Positions 18,155-27,522 of a stretch of 64,000 nucleotides of DNA are shown one piece after another. Source of the DNA: Dongiaceae bacterium (GTDB lineage: Bacteria > Pseudomonadota > Alphaproteobacteria > Dongiales > Dongiaceae); NCBI GenBank assembly GCA_040878185.1, contig JBBDMS010000021.1, positions 52,667-116,666 of the forward strand, in the 5' to 3' direction. Both the position numbers and the translations under genes were made by a program. The stretch's first letter is position 1. The number at the start of each line of letters is the position of its first letter. Under the pieces are notes generated by a model. The model did no database searches. It had not been told where the DNA came from and was given only the letters and a program-made list of their open reading frames with translations.

Positions 18155-19933
18155 ATGACCGATCGAGACAAAATGAGCAATTCCGCGGAGAATCTCGAAT
18201 ACGGACCGAAATATTTCGGTGCCTTGCGCATCTTCGCGACGACTCCGCCACTCCGTCAGGTCACGGTGCTGGTCTGCCTTATCGCCGCGACCTTCGCGGA
18301 AGGATTTGGCATGGCCGCCATTCTGCCGCTGCTGTCGATCGCACAGGGCAACGCGGGCGGCGATTCGGCGCTGAACCAGTTGATCACCGGCCTGATCCAT
18401 TTCATGGGACTGCCGCTCGACCTCGGTGTGGTCGCCTGTCTCATGGTCGCCGGATTCGTGGTCAAGGCCGCGCTGACGATGTTCGCGATGGGTCATGTCG
18501 GATACACGGTGACCAAGGTGACGACGGGGCTGCGGCTCAAGCTGATCGGGCGTCTGCTCGAAGCGAAATGGAGCTATTTCGCGCATCAGCCGGTCGGCCG
18601 GTTCGGCAATGCGATCAGCGGCGAAGCGGCGCGCGCGGGCGACGCGTATCTCGCGGTCGCAACGCTGATCGCCCTCACCTTCCAGACCATCATGTATCTG
18701 ATCCTTGCCTATCTGATGTCGTGGAAGCTCGCGCTTGCCGCAATCGCCCTTGGCGCGGTCATCGTCGTATCGCTCAACTGGCTGATCCGGGTGACAAAGC
18801 GCGCCGGCCGGACCCAGACCGCGCGCACCCGAAGCCTGACCGCGGGCCTGACCGACGCGCTGATCGGATTGAAACCGCTCAAGGCGATGGCACGCAACCT
18901 GCGATTCACCACGTTGTTCGACCGCGACGTGAAGGAGCTGAAGCGAGCTCTGCGCCGTCAGGTGCTGGCACGGAACGCAACCCGCTCCATGCAGGAAGTG
19001 ATGATCGTCGTGGCGATCGCGGTCGGATTTTATGGCGCCGTCGAAGTCGCGCATTACCCGGTCGATCAGGTCATCGTCATCGCGCTGCTTCTCATCAAGA
19101 CCGTGCTCACCTTGGCGCAGTCCCAGCGCACCCTGCAATCGGTCAATCAATGCGAGAGCGCCTACTGGTCGCTGCACGAGACGATCAAGGAAGCGGAAGC
19201 CGCCAAGGAGATATTCGTCGGCACCCGTGAACCGACTCTCGAACGCAACATCGAGTTTCACAATGTTGCGTTCTCGTTCGGGACCAAGGATGTGTTGCGC
19301 GGCGTGTCGCTCGAGATTCCCGCAGGCCAGGTGACGACGGTGACCGGCGGTTCCGGTGCCGGCAAAACAACGACCGCCGATCTCGTGCTCGGCCTCTATA
19401 TGCCCAAATCCGGCGATATTACCGTCGACGGCGTGTCGCTCCGCAACATCGATCTCCATAAATGGCGGGCGATGACCGGCTATGTGCCGCAGGAAGTGAT
19501 CCTCTTTCACGACACGATTTACGCCAACATCGCGCTCGGCGATCCGGCCTTCGACCCCGAGACGGTGCGCAATGCACTGGAAGCGGCCGGCGCATGGGAG
19601 TTCGTCACGGAATTGCCCGATCGGATGGACAGCGTCGTCGGCGAGCGCGGTACGCTCCTCTCGGGCGGCCAGCGCCAGCGCATTGCGGTCGCCCGTGCGA
19701 TCGTGCATCGACCCAAGCTGGTCATCCTCGACGAGGCGACGAGTGCACTCGATCCCGAAACCGAGTTCGCGATCTGCAGCAATCTGAAGTCGCTATCGCG
19801 CCGCACGGGCCTCACCATTCTGGCGATCACGCATCAGCCGGCCTGGGTCGAGGCGGCGGACCGGCTCTATCGCATCGCCGACGGACGGGTCATCGAGCCC
19901 ACGCCGCAGAGCGCGGCGATGGCGGCTTCCTGA
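18155..19933 (+). CDS. ABC exporter, fused TMD-NBD (MsbA/lipid-flippase-like half transporter)
   Basis: Six-helix N-terminal domain. Walker A GGSGAGKTT, signature LSGGQRQRIAVARA, Walker B LVILDEATSALD. Confidence 0.85.
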   Translation: MTDRDKMSNSAENLEYGPKYFGALRIFATTPPLRQVTVLVCLIAATFAEGFGMAAILPLLSIAQGNAGGDSALNQLITGLIHFMGLPLDLGVVACLMVAGFVVKAALTMFAMGHVGYTVTKVTTGLRLKLIGRLLEAKWSYFAHQPVGRFGNAISGEAARAGDAYLAVATLIALTFQTIMYLILAYLMSWKLALAAIALGAVIVVSLNWLIRVTKRAGRTQTARTRSLTAGLTDALIGLKPLKAMARNLRFTTLFDRDVKELKRALRRQVLARNATRSMQEVMIVVAIAVGFYGAVEVAHYPVDQVIVIALLLIKTVLTLAQSQRTLQSVNQCESAYWSLHETIKEAEAAKEIFVGTREPTLERNIEFHNVAFSFGTKDVLRGVSLEIPAGQVTTVTGGSGAGKTTTADLVLGLYMPKSGDITVDGVSLRNIDLHKWRAMTGYVPQEVILFHDTIYANIALGDPAFDPETVRNALEAAGAWEFVTELPDRMDSVVGERGTLLSGGQRQRIAVARAIVHRPKLVILDEATSALDPETEFAICSNLKSLSRRTGLTILAITHQPAWVEAADRLYRIADGRVIEPTPQSAAMAAS

Positions 19934-20009
19934 GCCTCGCCTTGTCCCTCGGGAACTCATTTGCTATGAGGCGGCCCGCCTTCTTCCCCCTCATGGACCC
20001 CTGCCTGGC

Positions 20010-21779
20010 ATGACGGAACCGAAACCGACTCCGACAACCCGCGCCCGTTTGCCATACCGGTGTGCCAATTTCGCGACGCTCGCCGAGGGGCTCGACTACG
20101 CCGCGCAGGGCCAATGCGGATTCAATTTCTATTCGGCACGCGGGCAATTGCTGAGCGCGCTGCCTTATGCCGAGCTGCGCGACCGTGCGATAGCGCTCGC
20201 GCGCGGGCTGATCGCGGCGGGGCTCAATCGCGGCGACCGTGTGCTGATGATCGCCGACACCGACCCCGATTTTATGATCGCGTTCTTCGCCTGCCAGTAT
20301 GCGGGCCTGTTGCCGGCATCGGCCGCGATCCCGACCAGCCTCGGCGGTCGCGAGGCCTATATCGCCTCGCTGCGCCGGCTGCTGCAATCGACCGGCTCGC
20401 GGGCCGCGATGGCGCCCGACAGTCTGATCGAATATCTGCGCGAGGCCGCCGACGGTCTCGATCTGCCGCTGGTCGGCGGGCCGCAGGATTTCTACAACCT
20501 CGCCCCGCGCGACGCGGCGTTGCGAACCTGGCAGAAGGACGAGCGCTGCTATCTGCAGTTCTCGTCGGGCAGTACGCGCTTTCCCCTCGGGATCGACATT
20601 TCCCAGCGCGTGCTGATGGCGAATGCCTATGCGATCGCGACCTACGGGCTCGAGATCGGCGCCGAGGATCGCTGTACGAGCTGGCTGCCGCTGTATCACG
20701 ATATGGGACTGGTCGGTTTTGCGCTGGTGCCCATGCTGACACAGATGTCGGTCGACTACCTCGCTACGCGCGATTTCGCACGCCGGCCGCTGATGTGGCC
20801 GACGCTCATCACGATGAACGGCGGGACGCTCTCTTACAGCCCGAGCTTCGGCTACGACCTCGCCGCGCGGCGCCTCCATGACGGCAATCTGCGGGTCGAG
20901 GGTATCGATCTCAGCCGCTGGCGCGGTGCCGGGATCGGCGGCGACATGATCCAGCCGAAAGTGCTCGAACGCTTTGCCGATATTTTTGGTCCCTACGGCT
21001 TCCGCCGCGAGGCCTTCGTGCCGAGCTACGGCATGGCGGAAACCGCGCTTGCGATTTCGTTCGCGCCGCTCGACACCGGCGTCGAGATCGATCGCGTCGA
21101 CCGGCAGCGTCTTGCCGAGCGCGGCGAGGCGGTTACGGCACCGGCCGATGCCTCGAACGCGCGGGATTTCGTACTCTGCGGCAAGCCGCTCGGCGGCCAC
21201 AGGATCGAAGTGCGCGACGAGACCGGACGCGCCTTGCCTGAACGCAAGCTCGGCCGCGTGTTCGTCAGCGGCCCCAGCATCATGGTCGGTTATTTCGAGG
21301 AGCCCGAGGCGACGGCCGCGGTGCTGCAGCCCGATGGCTGGCTCGATACCGGCGATCTCGGATACCTGACCGGCGGCCAGATCGTGATCACCGGCCGCAG
21401 CAAGGATCTCATCATCATCAACGGTCGCAATATCTGGCCGCAGGATCTCGAATGGTCGGTCGAGGACGGGCTGGGCCTGCGCCGCGGCGATACGGCAGCG
21501 TTTGCGTTCGAGGGCGATGACGGCAGCGAGCGCGTGATGATGCTGGTGCAATGCCGCGTGCCCGACGACGAGCGCCGTCAGCAGCTTGCGCGCGACGTCG
21601 CCGCCATCCTGCAACGCAGCCACGCGGTCGAGGCGGGCGTTTCGCTGGTGCCGCCGCACGGACTGCCGCAGACCTCGTCGGGCAAACTGAGCCGCACCCG
21701 GGCCAAGGCGAACTGGCTGTCCGGCCTCTACCAGGCGGGCCCCGACGGGATGCGAAAGACCGCCTCCGGGGCAAGCTGA
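20010..21779 (+). CDS. fatty acyl-AMP ligase / acyl-ACP synthetase (sphingolipid-associated)
   Basis: Adenylate-forming motifs YLQFSSGSTRFP, GYGMAET-like SYGMAETAL, and TGDLGY...GRSKDLIIINGRN. Directly upstream of the SDR-ACP-Spt genes. Confidence 0.8.
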   Translation: MTEPKPTPTTRARLPYRCANFATLAEGLDYAAQGQCGFNFYSARGQLLSALPYAELRDRAIALARGLIAAGLNRGDRVLMIADTDPDFMIAFFACQYAGLLPASAAIPTSLGGREAYIASLRRLLQSTGSRAAMAPDSLIEYLREAADGLDLPLVGGPQDFYNLAPRDAALRTWQKDERCYLQFSSGSTRFPLGIDISQRVLMANAYAIATYGLEIGAEDRCTSWLPLYHDMGLVGFALVPMLTQMSVDYLATRDFARRPLMWPTLITMNGGTLSYSPSFGYDLAARRLHDGNLRVEGIDLSRWRGAGIGGDMIQPKVLERFADIFGPYGFRREAFVPSYGMAETALAISFAPLDTGVEIDRVDRQRLAERGEAVTAPADASNARDFVLCGKPLGGHRIEVRDETGRALPERKLGRVFVSGPSIMVGYFEEPEATAAVLQPDGWLDTGDLGYLTGGQIVITGRSKDLIIINGRNIWPQDLEWSVEDGLGLRRGDTAAFAFEGDDGSERVMMLVQCRVPDDERRQQLARDVAAILQRSHAVEAGVSLVPPHGLPQTSSGKLSRTRAKANWLSGLYQAGPDGMRKTASGAS

Positions 21780-21782
21780 TCC

Positions 21783-22733
21783 ATGGCCCGACTGGTCGCC
21801 GTAACGGGTGCGACCGGGTTTGTCGGCGGCCATGTCGCTCGTGCCTTCACCGATGCCGGCTGGCGTGTGCGTATTCTCGCGCGGCGCATTCCGCTCAGCC
21901 CGCAGCTCGCCGATCTGACCCCCGACCTCGTCCCCGGCTCGCTCGAAGACGAAGATGCGCTGCGGGCTCTGGTGCGCGGTGCCGATGCGATCGTCCACGC
22001 GGCGGGCTCGGTCAAGGCCCTCGATGCCGCCTCGTTCCATCGCGACAACGCGGACGGCACCGCGCGGATGGTTGCGGCGGCGCACGCTGCTGCGCCGGAA
22101 GCAAGATTCCTGCTGATCTCGTCGCTATCGGCGCGCGAACCGGCCTTGTCGCCCTATGCGGCGAGCAAGCGCGCGGGTGAACGGGCGCTCGAAACCGGCG
22201 GCGCCAGTCTCGACTGGACGATCCTGCGACCGCCCGTGGTGTACGGGCCGGGCGACCGGGAAATGCTGCCGTTCTTCCGCATGGCGGCCAACGGCATGTT
22301 GGCGGCACCGGACAATGGCGCCGCCCGTCTTTCGCTCATCCATGCCGCCGATCTGGCACGAGCCTGCGTCGCGATCGTCGAGCGCCGCGAGTGGCGGCAC
22401 GCAACGATCGAGATCGACGATGGCCATCCCCGCGGCTATGGCTGGCCGGACATTGCGGACGCTCTCGCCGCCGCTGTCGGCCGGCCGGTTCGGCTGCGGC
22501 GGTTACCGCGCTGGCTGTTCGACGCGGTCGCCACCGTGAGCGCCGGCTGGGCCGAAATGACAAAATTGCCGGCCATGGTGACGCCCGGCAAGGTTCGCGA
22601 GCTGTTTCATCCGGACTGGATTTCCCGCGTGCCCGAATTTCCGCAAAATCTGGGCTGGTTGCCGCAATTCACTGTTAACAAAGGTTTTTCTGTGACGGCG
22701 GCGGCGTATCGCGGGCTCGGTCTGCTGCGATGA
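21783..22733 (+). CDS. NAD-dependent epimerase/dehydratase-family SDR (ceramide reductase CerR candidate)
   Basis: VTGATGFVGGHV Rossmann motif. Its position between the acyl-ACP ligase and ACP/Spt matches the Caulobacter ceramide locus (from memory). Confidence 0.7.
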   Translation: MARLVAVTGATGFVGGHVARAFTDAGWRVRILARRIPLSPQLADLTPDLVPGSLEDEDALRALVRGADAIVHAAGSVKALDAASFHRDNADGTARMVAAAHAAAPEARFLLISSLSAREPALSPYAASKRAGERALETGGASLDWTILRPPVVYGPGDREMLPFFRMAANGMLAAPDNGAARLSLIHAADLARACVAIVERREWRHATIEIDDGHPRGYGWPDIADALAAAVGRPVRLRRLPRWLFDAVATVSAGWAEMTKLPAMVTPGKVRELFHPDWISRVPEFPQNLGWLPQFTVNKGFSVTAAAYRGLGLLR

Positions 22734-22739
22734 ATCGAG

Positions 22740-22769
22740 TTGTAACAAAGGGTTACAATTCTTTATTTC
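22740..22769 (+). promoter_or_regulatory. perfect 7-bp inverted repeat TTGTAAC-N5-GTTACAA followed by a T-rich run, in an AT-rich island upstream of the ACP gene
   Basis: Read directly: ttgtaacaaagggttacaa ttctttatttc. Lies 7 nt after the SDR stop (22733). Either an operator or a weak intrinsic attenuator. Confidence 0.4.
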
Positions 22770-22869
22770 ACTAAACCCCTGACCTAATTGGAATCTACGG
22801 CTGTCCAGGCCACGACGCGCGTCGCGGTATTTGGATTCGTGGAGCGATCGAGTCGAGGCAGCGTTGAGA

Positions 22870-23121
22870 ATGGAAGTGGCCGAGTCTGGAACGTTCGAGC
22901 GGGTCGTGGAAGTTTTGCGACCGTTCCGGAAGAACGAGACCCCGATCGGACGGGGCAGCGATCTGGCCGACGATCTTCGCCTCGACTCGCTGGCGGTGAT
23001 GGACCTGATGATGGAACTCGAGGAACGGTTCGACATCACCATCCCATTGAATGCCGTTCCGGAAATCCGGACGGTCGGCGATCTGGCCGATTTCGTCGCA
23101 AAGCAGAAGGCAGAGGGATAA
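22870..23121 (+). CDS. acyl carrier protein (dedicated, sphingolipid-associated)
   Basis: Phosphopantetheine site DDLRLDSLAVMDLMMELEE. ATG at 22870 gives an 83-aa protein; the track's TTG at 22831 is probably too long. Confidence 0.85.
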   Translation: MEVAESGTFERVVEVLRPFRKNETPIGRGSDLADDLRLDSLAVMDLMMELEERFDITIPLNAVPEIRTVGDLADFVAKQKAEG

Positions 23122-23125
23122 GACG

Positions 23126-24343
23126 ATGGGTTTGTTCGACCGGTTCAAGGGCCTGAAGGCCGCCCATAGCGCCGCAAAGTCCTGCGGCGACGATCCATTT
23201 GCCATTCGCATGGACGAAGTGCTCTCGCCGACCGAAGCGATGATCGAAGGCCGGCACACCATCCTCGCCGGCACCAACAATTACCTCGGCCTCACCTTCG
23301 AGCCGTCCTGCGTCGCCGCCTCGGCCGAGGCGGTGCGCACGCACGGCACCGGCACCACCGGTTCGCGCGTCGCCAACGGCTCCTATGCCGGGCACAAGGC
23401 GCTTGAGGATTCGATTGCCGATTTCTTCGGTCGCAAGCACGCCATGGTTTTCACCACGGGCTACCAGGCCAATCTCGGCATCATCGCCACATTGGCCGGC
23501 CCACAGGACTATCTGATCATCGATTCCGACTCGCATGCGAGCATCTACGATGCGACGCGGCTGAGCAGCGCCACCGTTCTGCGCTTCAAGCATAACGATC
23601 CGGACGATCTCGACCGCCGCCTCTCGAAGCTCGGCAACGAGGCGGTCAACAAAGTGATCGTCGTCGAGGGTATCTACAGCATGCGCGGCGATATCGCGCC
23701 GCTGGCCGAGTTCGCGGCGGTGAAGCGCAAGCATGGCGCCTATCTCGTCGTCGACGAGGCGCATTCGATGGGCGTCATGGGCGATACCGGTCGCGGTGCG
23801 GCAGAGTTCTACGGCGTCGAGGCCGATGTCGATTTCATCGTCGGCACGTTCTCTAAGAGCCTGGGCGCGATCGGCGGCTATTGCGTCTCCGATCATCCGG
23901 AGTTCGATATCCTGCGCGTCGCCTGCCGGCCCTACATGTTCACGGCCTCGCTGCCGCCGTCGATCGTGGCCTCGGTCGCGGCCTCGCTCGAAGTGATGAA
24001 GGAGCGGCCGACATTGCGCGACAATCTCTGGGCCAATGTGAACCAGCTTTACGGCACGCTGCAGCGGCGTGGGTTCGTGCTCGGGCCGCACAAGAGCCCC
24101 GTCGTGGCGGTGCATCTGCCCGATCCGGCCAGTGCGATCCAGGTCTGGCACGAGCTGCTGCTGGCCGGCGTCTATGTGAACCTGACATTGCCGCCGGCGA
24201 CGCCGAACAATATAGCGCTGCTTCGCTGTAGCGTCTGTGCGGCGCATACGAGCGAGCAGCTTGCCGTCGTTGCGGACCGTCTGACCGAGATCGCCGAACG
24301 GCATGGCGTGATCGGCAGCATGCGCATGGCCGCCGCCGGCTGA
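23126..24343 (+). CDS. spt: serine palmitoyltransferase (alpha-oxoamine synthase family, PLP-dependent)
   Basis: AOS-family motifs: GTGTTGSRVANG, DSDSHASI, VDEAHSMG, PLP-lysine GTFSKSLG. ATG at 23126 lies 4 nt after the ACP stop, preceded by GAGGGA. Confidence 0.85.
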   Translation: MGLFDRFKGLKAAHSAAKSCGDDPFAIRMDEVLSPTEAMIEGRHTILAGTNNYLGLTFEPSCVAASAEAVRTHGTGTTGSRVANGSYAGHKALEDSIADFFGRKHAMVFTTGYQANLGIIATLAGPQDYLIIDSDSHASIYDATRLSSATVLRFKHNDPDDLDRRLSKLGNEAVNKVIVVEGIYSMRGDIAPLAEFAAVKRKHGAYLVVDEAHSMGVMGDTGRGAAEFYGVEADVDFIVGTFSKSLGAIGGYCVSDHPEFDILRVACRPYMFTASLPPSIVASVAASLEVMKERPTLRDNLWANVNQLYGTLQRRGFVLGPHKSPVVAVHLPDPASAIQVWHELLLAGVYVNLTLPPATPNNIALLRCSVCAAHTSEQLAVVADRLTEIAERHGVIGSMRMAAAG

Positions 24344-24372
24344 CGGCACGCTCACCACTGTTCGATAAGCAG

Positions 24373-24420
24373 ACGGCCGCCTCCGGGCGGCCGTTTCGCG
24401 TTCCGCCCGCGTCGGAACGC
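24373..24420. terminator. two tandem GC-rich hairpins between convergent genes (spt and the Tam41-like gene)
   Basis: ACGGCCGCC-tccg-GGCGGCCGT followed by TTT (24373-24396), and GCGTTCCG-N7-CGGAACGC (24398-24420). Confidence 0.55.
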
Positions 24421-24425
24421 CGTGG

Positions 24426-25382
24426 TCAGCGGAAGGCGCCGGCGCGGTAGAAGCGCCACAGCAATATCGGCGCCGCGAGGATCGGGTGGCGTCGCTCCCA
24501 GGGGCTCACCGGCGGCCGCACGGCGGCATGGCGCTCGACCTTCCAGAGCGCGTAATCGACCGCGCCGTCGACCGTAAAGACCGCCTTGATGAGACGCAGC
24601 AGGTTCAGGCTCTTGCCCGCGACACGCCGGCGGATCCACGCGCGACGGCCGGCTTTGCGCGCCGATGCATCGAGCGGATTGCGATAGAATCCGACATCGT
24701 GGGCAAAGGCGGCGTCGCCTAACGTTGCCGCCGTCAGCGCCTCATAGCGGTCGCGATCCGCCGCGACGATCAGGATGGCACGATCGCGGCCCCGTTCGCT
24801 GCGCAACTCGGCGCCATAGGTCGCGCGAAATCCCGTCTCCCACAGCCGTTCAGCGGTGAAGCGGTCGCCGACCAGTGGAAGGCTCGCCGCCACAAACGTT
24901 TCCACCGCATCGGCACAGGCGGCTTCGAACGCCCTTCCCACGGCCTCGTCCCGTGTGACAACAAGCCGTGCCGGCTGTGCGAACCGGGCCCAGAGCGCGC
25001 TGGTCTTGCTTCGCGGCCCGCATCCGCGCGCGAACTGCGCCAGCGAGATCACGGCATATTTGGCGCGCAGAGGCACGCCATTGATGATCGTTTCGACAAA
25101 GAACACGTTCGGCGGCAGAAGGCGATTGAAACGCGCGATCCAGGGTCGGTCGGGATAGGCGCTGCGGTAATCGTCCACCAGCAGATAGAAGTCGAGCAGG
25201 CTGTCGGGACTCGAGAGTGCTGCTTCGCCGCTGCGCAGGCAGGAGCCGTAGAACAGAACGGCCGCACTGCCGCTTCCATGTCGCTGCATCACCTGCGTCG
25301 CGAGGTCGCGCACCAATGCCGGAACCGGAAGCGCCAGTTCGTCGCGTACGATGGCCGAAACCTGCTGCATCGCCTGCTGCAT
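24426..25382 (-). CDS. Tam41/Mmp37-like nucleotidyltransferase-fold protein (putative lipid-phosphate cytidylyltransferase)
   Basis: NTase-like VLFYGSCLRSGE...DFYLLVDDY. RAKYAVISLAQF and LWARFAQPARLV resemble the Tam41 KYGV..(L) and LY.AGR..KPV segments. By-eye call that needs HMM confirmation. Confidence 0.45.
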   Translation of the reverse strand: MQQAMQQVSAIVRDELALPVPALVRDLATQVMQRHGSGSAAVLFYGSCLRSGEAALSSPDSLLDFYLLVDDYRSAYPDRPWIARFNRLLPPNVFFVETIINGVPLRAKYAVISLAQFARGCGPRSKTSALWARFAQPARLVVTRDEAVGRAFEAACADAVETFVAASLPLVGDRFTAERLWETGFRATYGAELRSERGRDRAILIVAADRDRYEALTAATLGDAAFAHDVGFYRNPLDASARKAGRRAWIRRRVAGKSLNLLRLIKAVFTVDGAVDYALWKVERHAAVRPPVSPWERRHPILAAPILLWRFYRAGAFR

Positions 25383-25405
25383 CGAAGGTCTTTCCGACGG
25401 GTCGG

Positions 25406-26365
25406 TCAGAGCCGCGCGAAGGTCAACGCATGCCCGCTTTCAACGATGATCGGCTCGCCCGGCACCGGATCGATCCGCTCACCGTCGAACAACAAAGGCG
25501 CGTCGGCCTCGATGGCGAGGCGAACGACGCGGCCGCTACGATAGCCTGCATCCTTCATCCAGTCGCGCGGCGTCCCGCGGATCAGCGGCAAAAGGGCCGA
25601 AAGGAAGCGGCGCGGCGGGCTCTGAACCCATGTCCATCGAATCGGCGCCTCGCCGGCGCCCCAGAACGGATCGGCCCCGAGAATGAGGCCCGGCAAGGTT
25701 GTCGCGAGAAAGAGATAGCACTCACCGCTGGCTATCTCCGCATTGTCACCGACCAACCGAATGCGTGTTCCCTGTTTTCGCCCGGCAAAAACGGTGTGCA
25801 CGATCAGCATGAACGCCGCCGCTGCAGCCGCGGTCGACTGGGCAAAACCGACCGGGTGAACGCGCCGGCGCGCCAGCTGCGTCGTATTGTAAAACGCAGC
25901 GCCGCCGAGCAGCAGACCGTACTGGATATCGGCATTCGCCCCGGCCCGAACCGACAGGACCGGATGCGTCAGCAGATCGAGCGGACGCCCTGCATCGCGC
26001 CGCTGCAACAGCGCCGTGAGCCCGAAATCGGGCTTGCCTGGAATACCGAGCCGATGACCGGTGACGTTCGTCATGCCGCCGGCCAGCACGGCGAGAGGCG
26101 GCGTGATGGCAAAGGGATTACGGCCGATCAGTGCCGTCATCGTTGCCTGCACGGTGCCATCGCCACCGGAAACCGCCAGCAAGGTCGCGCCAGCCGCGGC
26201 GAATTCGTCCAGCACCGCCGGAATGTCTCCAATATGCTCGATCTCGCGCGTCAGCACGCGCTGCGCCGGGCGATAGACCGCGCGCACGCGCTCGAGCCGC
26301 TCGCGGTTGCGCCGGCTGCGCGGGTTGACGATCAGCCCGATCGGACCGCTGAAGACGCCGTTCAT
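25406..26365 (-). CDS. diacylglycerol/sphingosine-kinase-family lipid kinase (ceramide kinase candidate)
   Basis: DAGK catalytic motif LLAVSGGDGTV and LAVLAGGMTN. ATG at 26365 forms an ATGA overlap with the upstream gene's stop. The 533-aa track ORF is an upstream over-extension. Confidence 0.75.
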   Translation of the reverse strand: MNGVFSGPIGLIVNPRSRRNRERLERVRAVYRPAQRVLTREIEHIGDIPAVLDEFAAAGATLLAVSGGDGTVQATMTALIGRNPFAITPPLAVLAGGMTNVTGHRLGIPGKPDFGLTALLQRRDAGRPLDLLTHPVLSVRAGANADIQYGLLLGGAAFYNTTQLARRRVHPVGFAQSTAAAAAAFMLIVHTVFAGRKQGTRIRLVGDNAEIASGECYLFLATTLPGLILGADPFWGAGEAPIRWTWVQSPPRRFLSALLPLIRGTPRDWMKDAGYRSGRVVRLAIEADAPLLFDGERIDPVPGEPIIVESGHALTFARL

Positions 26366-27522
26366 GCCGTCTCCGTCAGCCAGGATCGCAACGCGCCGTT
26401 GCGCCGCTTCGCGAGCACCGCCTGCCCGATCCGCACCAGATGGAACAGCAGCGAAAGGATCGTCCAAATCGCAACGGCGATGAATCCTTCCGCCGGCCGG
26501 TCGAACAGGATCGCGAGCGTCAGGATGGCGAGGTTGGGATTGCGCCGCGCGGTGATCGTGCGGAACCAGTAATCGACCGGCCGCCAGATATGAATTTCGA
26601 TACCGAAGCGCGCCATGAAGAATCCTTCTTCGGCGCGTCCGAGCACATAGCCGGCGACGATTACCCAGAGCGCGGGCAATAGCCATTCGCCCAGTTCGGG
26701 CGATACCGGCACAGTCGCCAGCCCGACATACCAGGCCCAGTACCAGAAAGGTGGATGGATAAGATCGATGCCATGATCGAACACCTCGCCCATTTTGGTC
26801 GAGGTGAGCGTAACGCGGGCGAGCTTGCCATCGACCGTGTCGAGGAACGTCATTCCCCAGGCGGCGACCAGACCGAGCGCGAACTGCCCGGTCCAGAACA
26901 GCCAGAATGCGGCGATCACCAGCAACAGGCTGACGAACGTCACCGCGTTGGGCGAAATGCCGAGCGCGCTGCACCAGCGCGTCACCTGGCGCGCCGGCCA
27001 AGGCCATAGATATTTGGTTACGAAATCGGTCGCGCCTTTGTACGCGCCCGAGAAACTCGCGCGTTCGAGAACGTCGCGCGGCGTGCCGTCGAGCGGCAGC
27101 AGATATGGCGTCGCGCGCTTGCGCAGGGTCGCATCGTAGGAGCCGGCCAGTTCCACCGGTCCAAGCCGTTCGAGCCCGGCCCCGCGCACGACCCCGTCCA
27201 GGTCGATCTCGCCGGAAGCACCAGCGGCGGCGGCTCCGGCCCTCACATGCGCGGCAACGAGTTTTGAACGGTCCGCCGGATCGACCAGCGCCCGGCCCGG
27301 TTGCCCGATCAGCGCCCGGATGATGGATTCGTCATAGAGATAGTCCGTGCGAAGCAGGAGCAGGCCGCCCGCCGACGCCGCGCCAACGGTCGAATCGATC
27401 CCCGCGCGCAGCAAGGCGCGGCGCAGCCGCTCGGCCCCGGTTAACCCCCAGAGCCGTCGTCCGGCGGAACCGAGCAACCGAACTGCGGGTTTATCCGCGT
27501 TGCGGGGGTGTGAATCTGTCAT
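26362..27522 (-). CDS. CDP-alcohol phosphatidyltransferase-family membrane protein with an N-terminal ~170-aa soluble extension
   Basis: Signature DTVDGKLARVTLTSTKMGEVFDHGIDLI (D-x2-DG-x2-AR-x8-G-x3-D-x3-D) and multiple TM helices. ATG at 27522, or TTG at 27540. Confidence 0.8.
   Translation of the reverse strand: MTDSHPRNADKPAVRLLGSAGRRLWGLTGAERLRRALLRAGIDSTVGAASAGGLLLLRTDYLYDESIIRALIGQPGRALVDPADRSKLVAAHVRAGAAAAGASGEIDLDGVVRGAGLERLGPVELAGSYDATLRKRATPYLLPLDGTPRDVLERASFSGAYKGATDFVTKYLWPWPARQVTRWCSALGISPNAVTFVSLLLVIAAFWLFWTGQFALGLVAAWGMTFLDTVDGKLARVTLTSTKMGEVFDHGIDLIHPPFWYWAWYVGLATVPVSPELGEWLLPALWVIVAGYVLGRAEEGFFMARFGIEIHIWRPVDYWFRTITARRNPNLAILTLAILFDRPAEGFIAVAIWTILSLLFHLVRIGQAVLAKRRNGALRSWLTETA

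Noticed and set aside
18140-19708. 522-aa minus ORF and 370-aa plus ORF (18118-19230) overlapping the ABC exporter gene
   Set aside because: The 18155-19933 frame contains Walker A, the ABC signature, Walker B and six hydrophobic helices. The alternatives have no motifs.
19890-22085. 731-aa minus-strand ORF spanning the acyl-ACP ligase and SDR genes
   Set aside because: The plus-strand products carry complete adenylate-forming and Rossmann motifs. The minus product is Arg/Ala/Gly-rich low-complexity sequence typical of antisense frames in high-GC DNA.
25406-27007. 533-aa minus ORF suggesting one large kinase protein
   Set aside because: Its N-terminal ~215 aa are read out of frame through the CDP-alcohol phosphotransferase gene. 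The kinase domain begins at the ATG at 26365, which forms an ATGA junction with the upstream stop.
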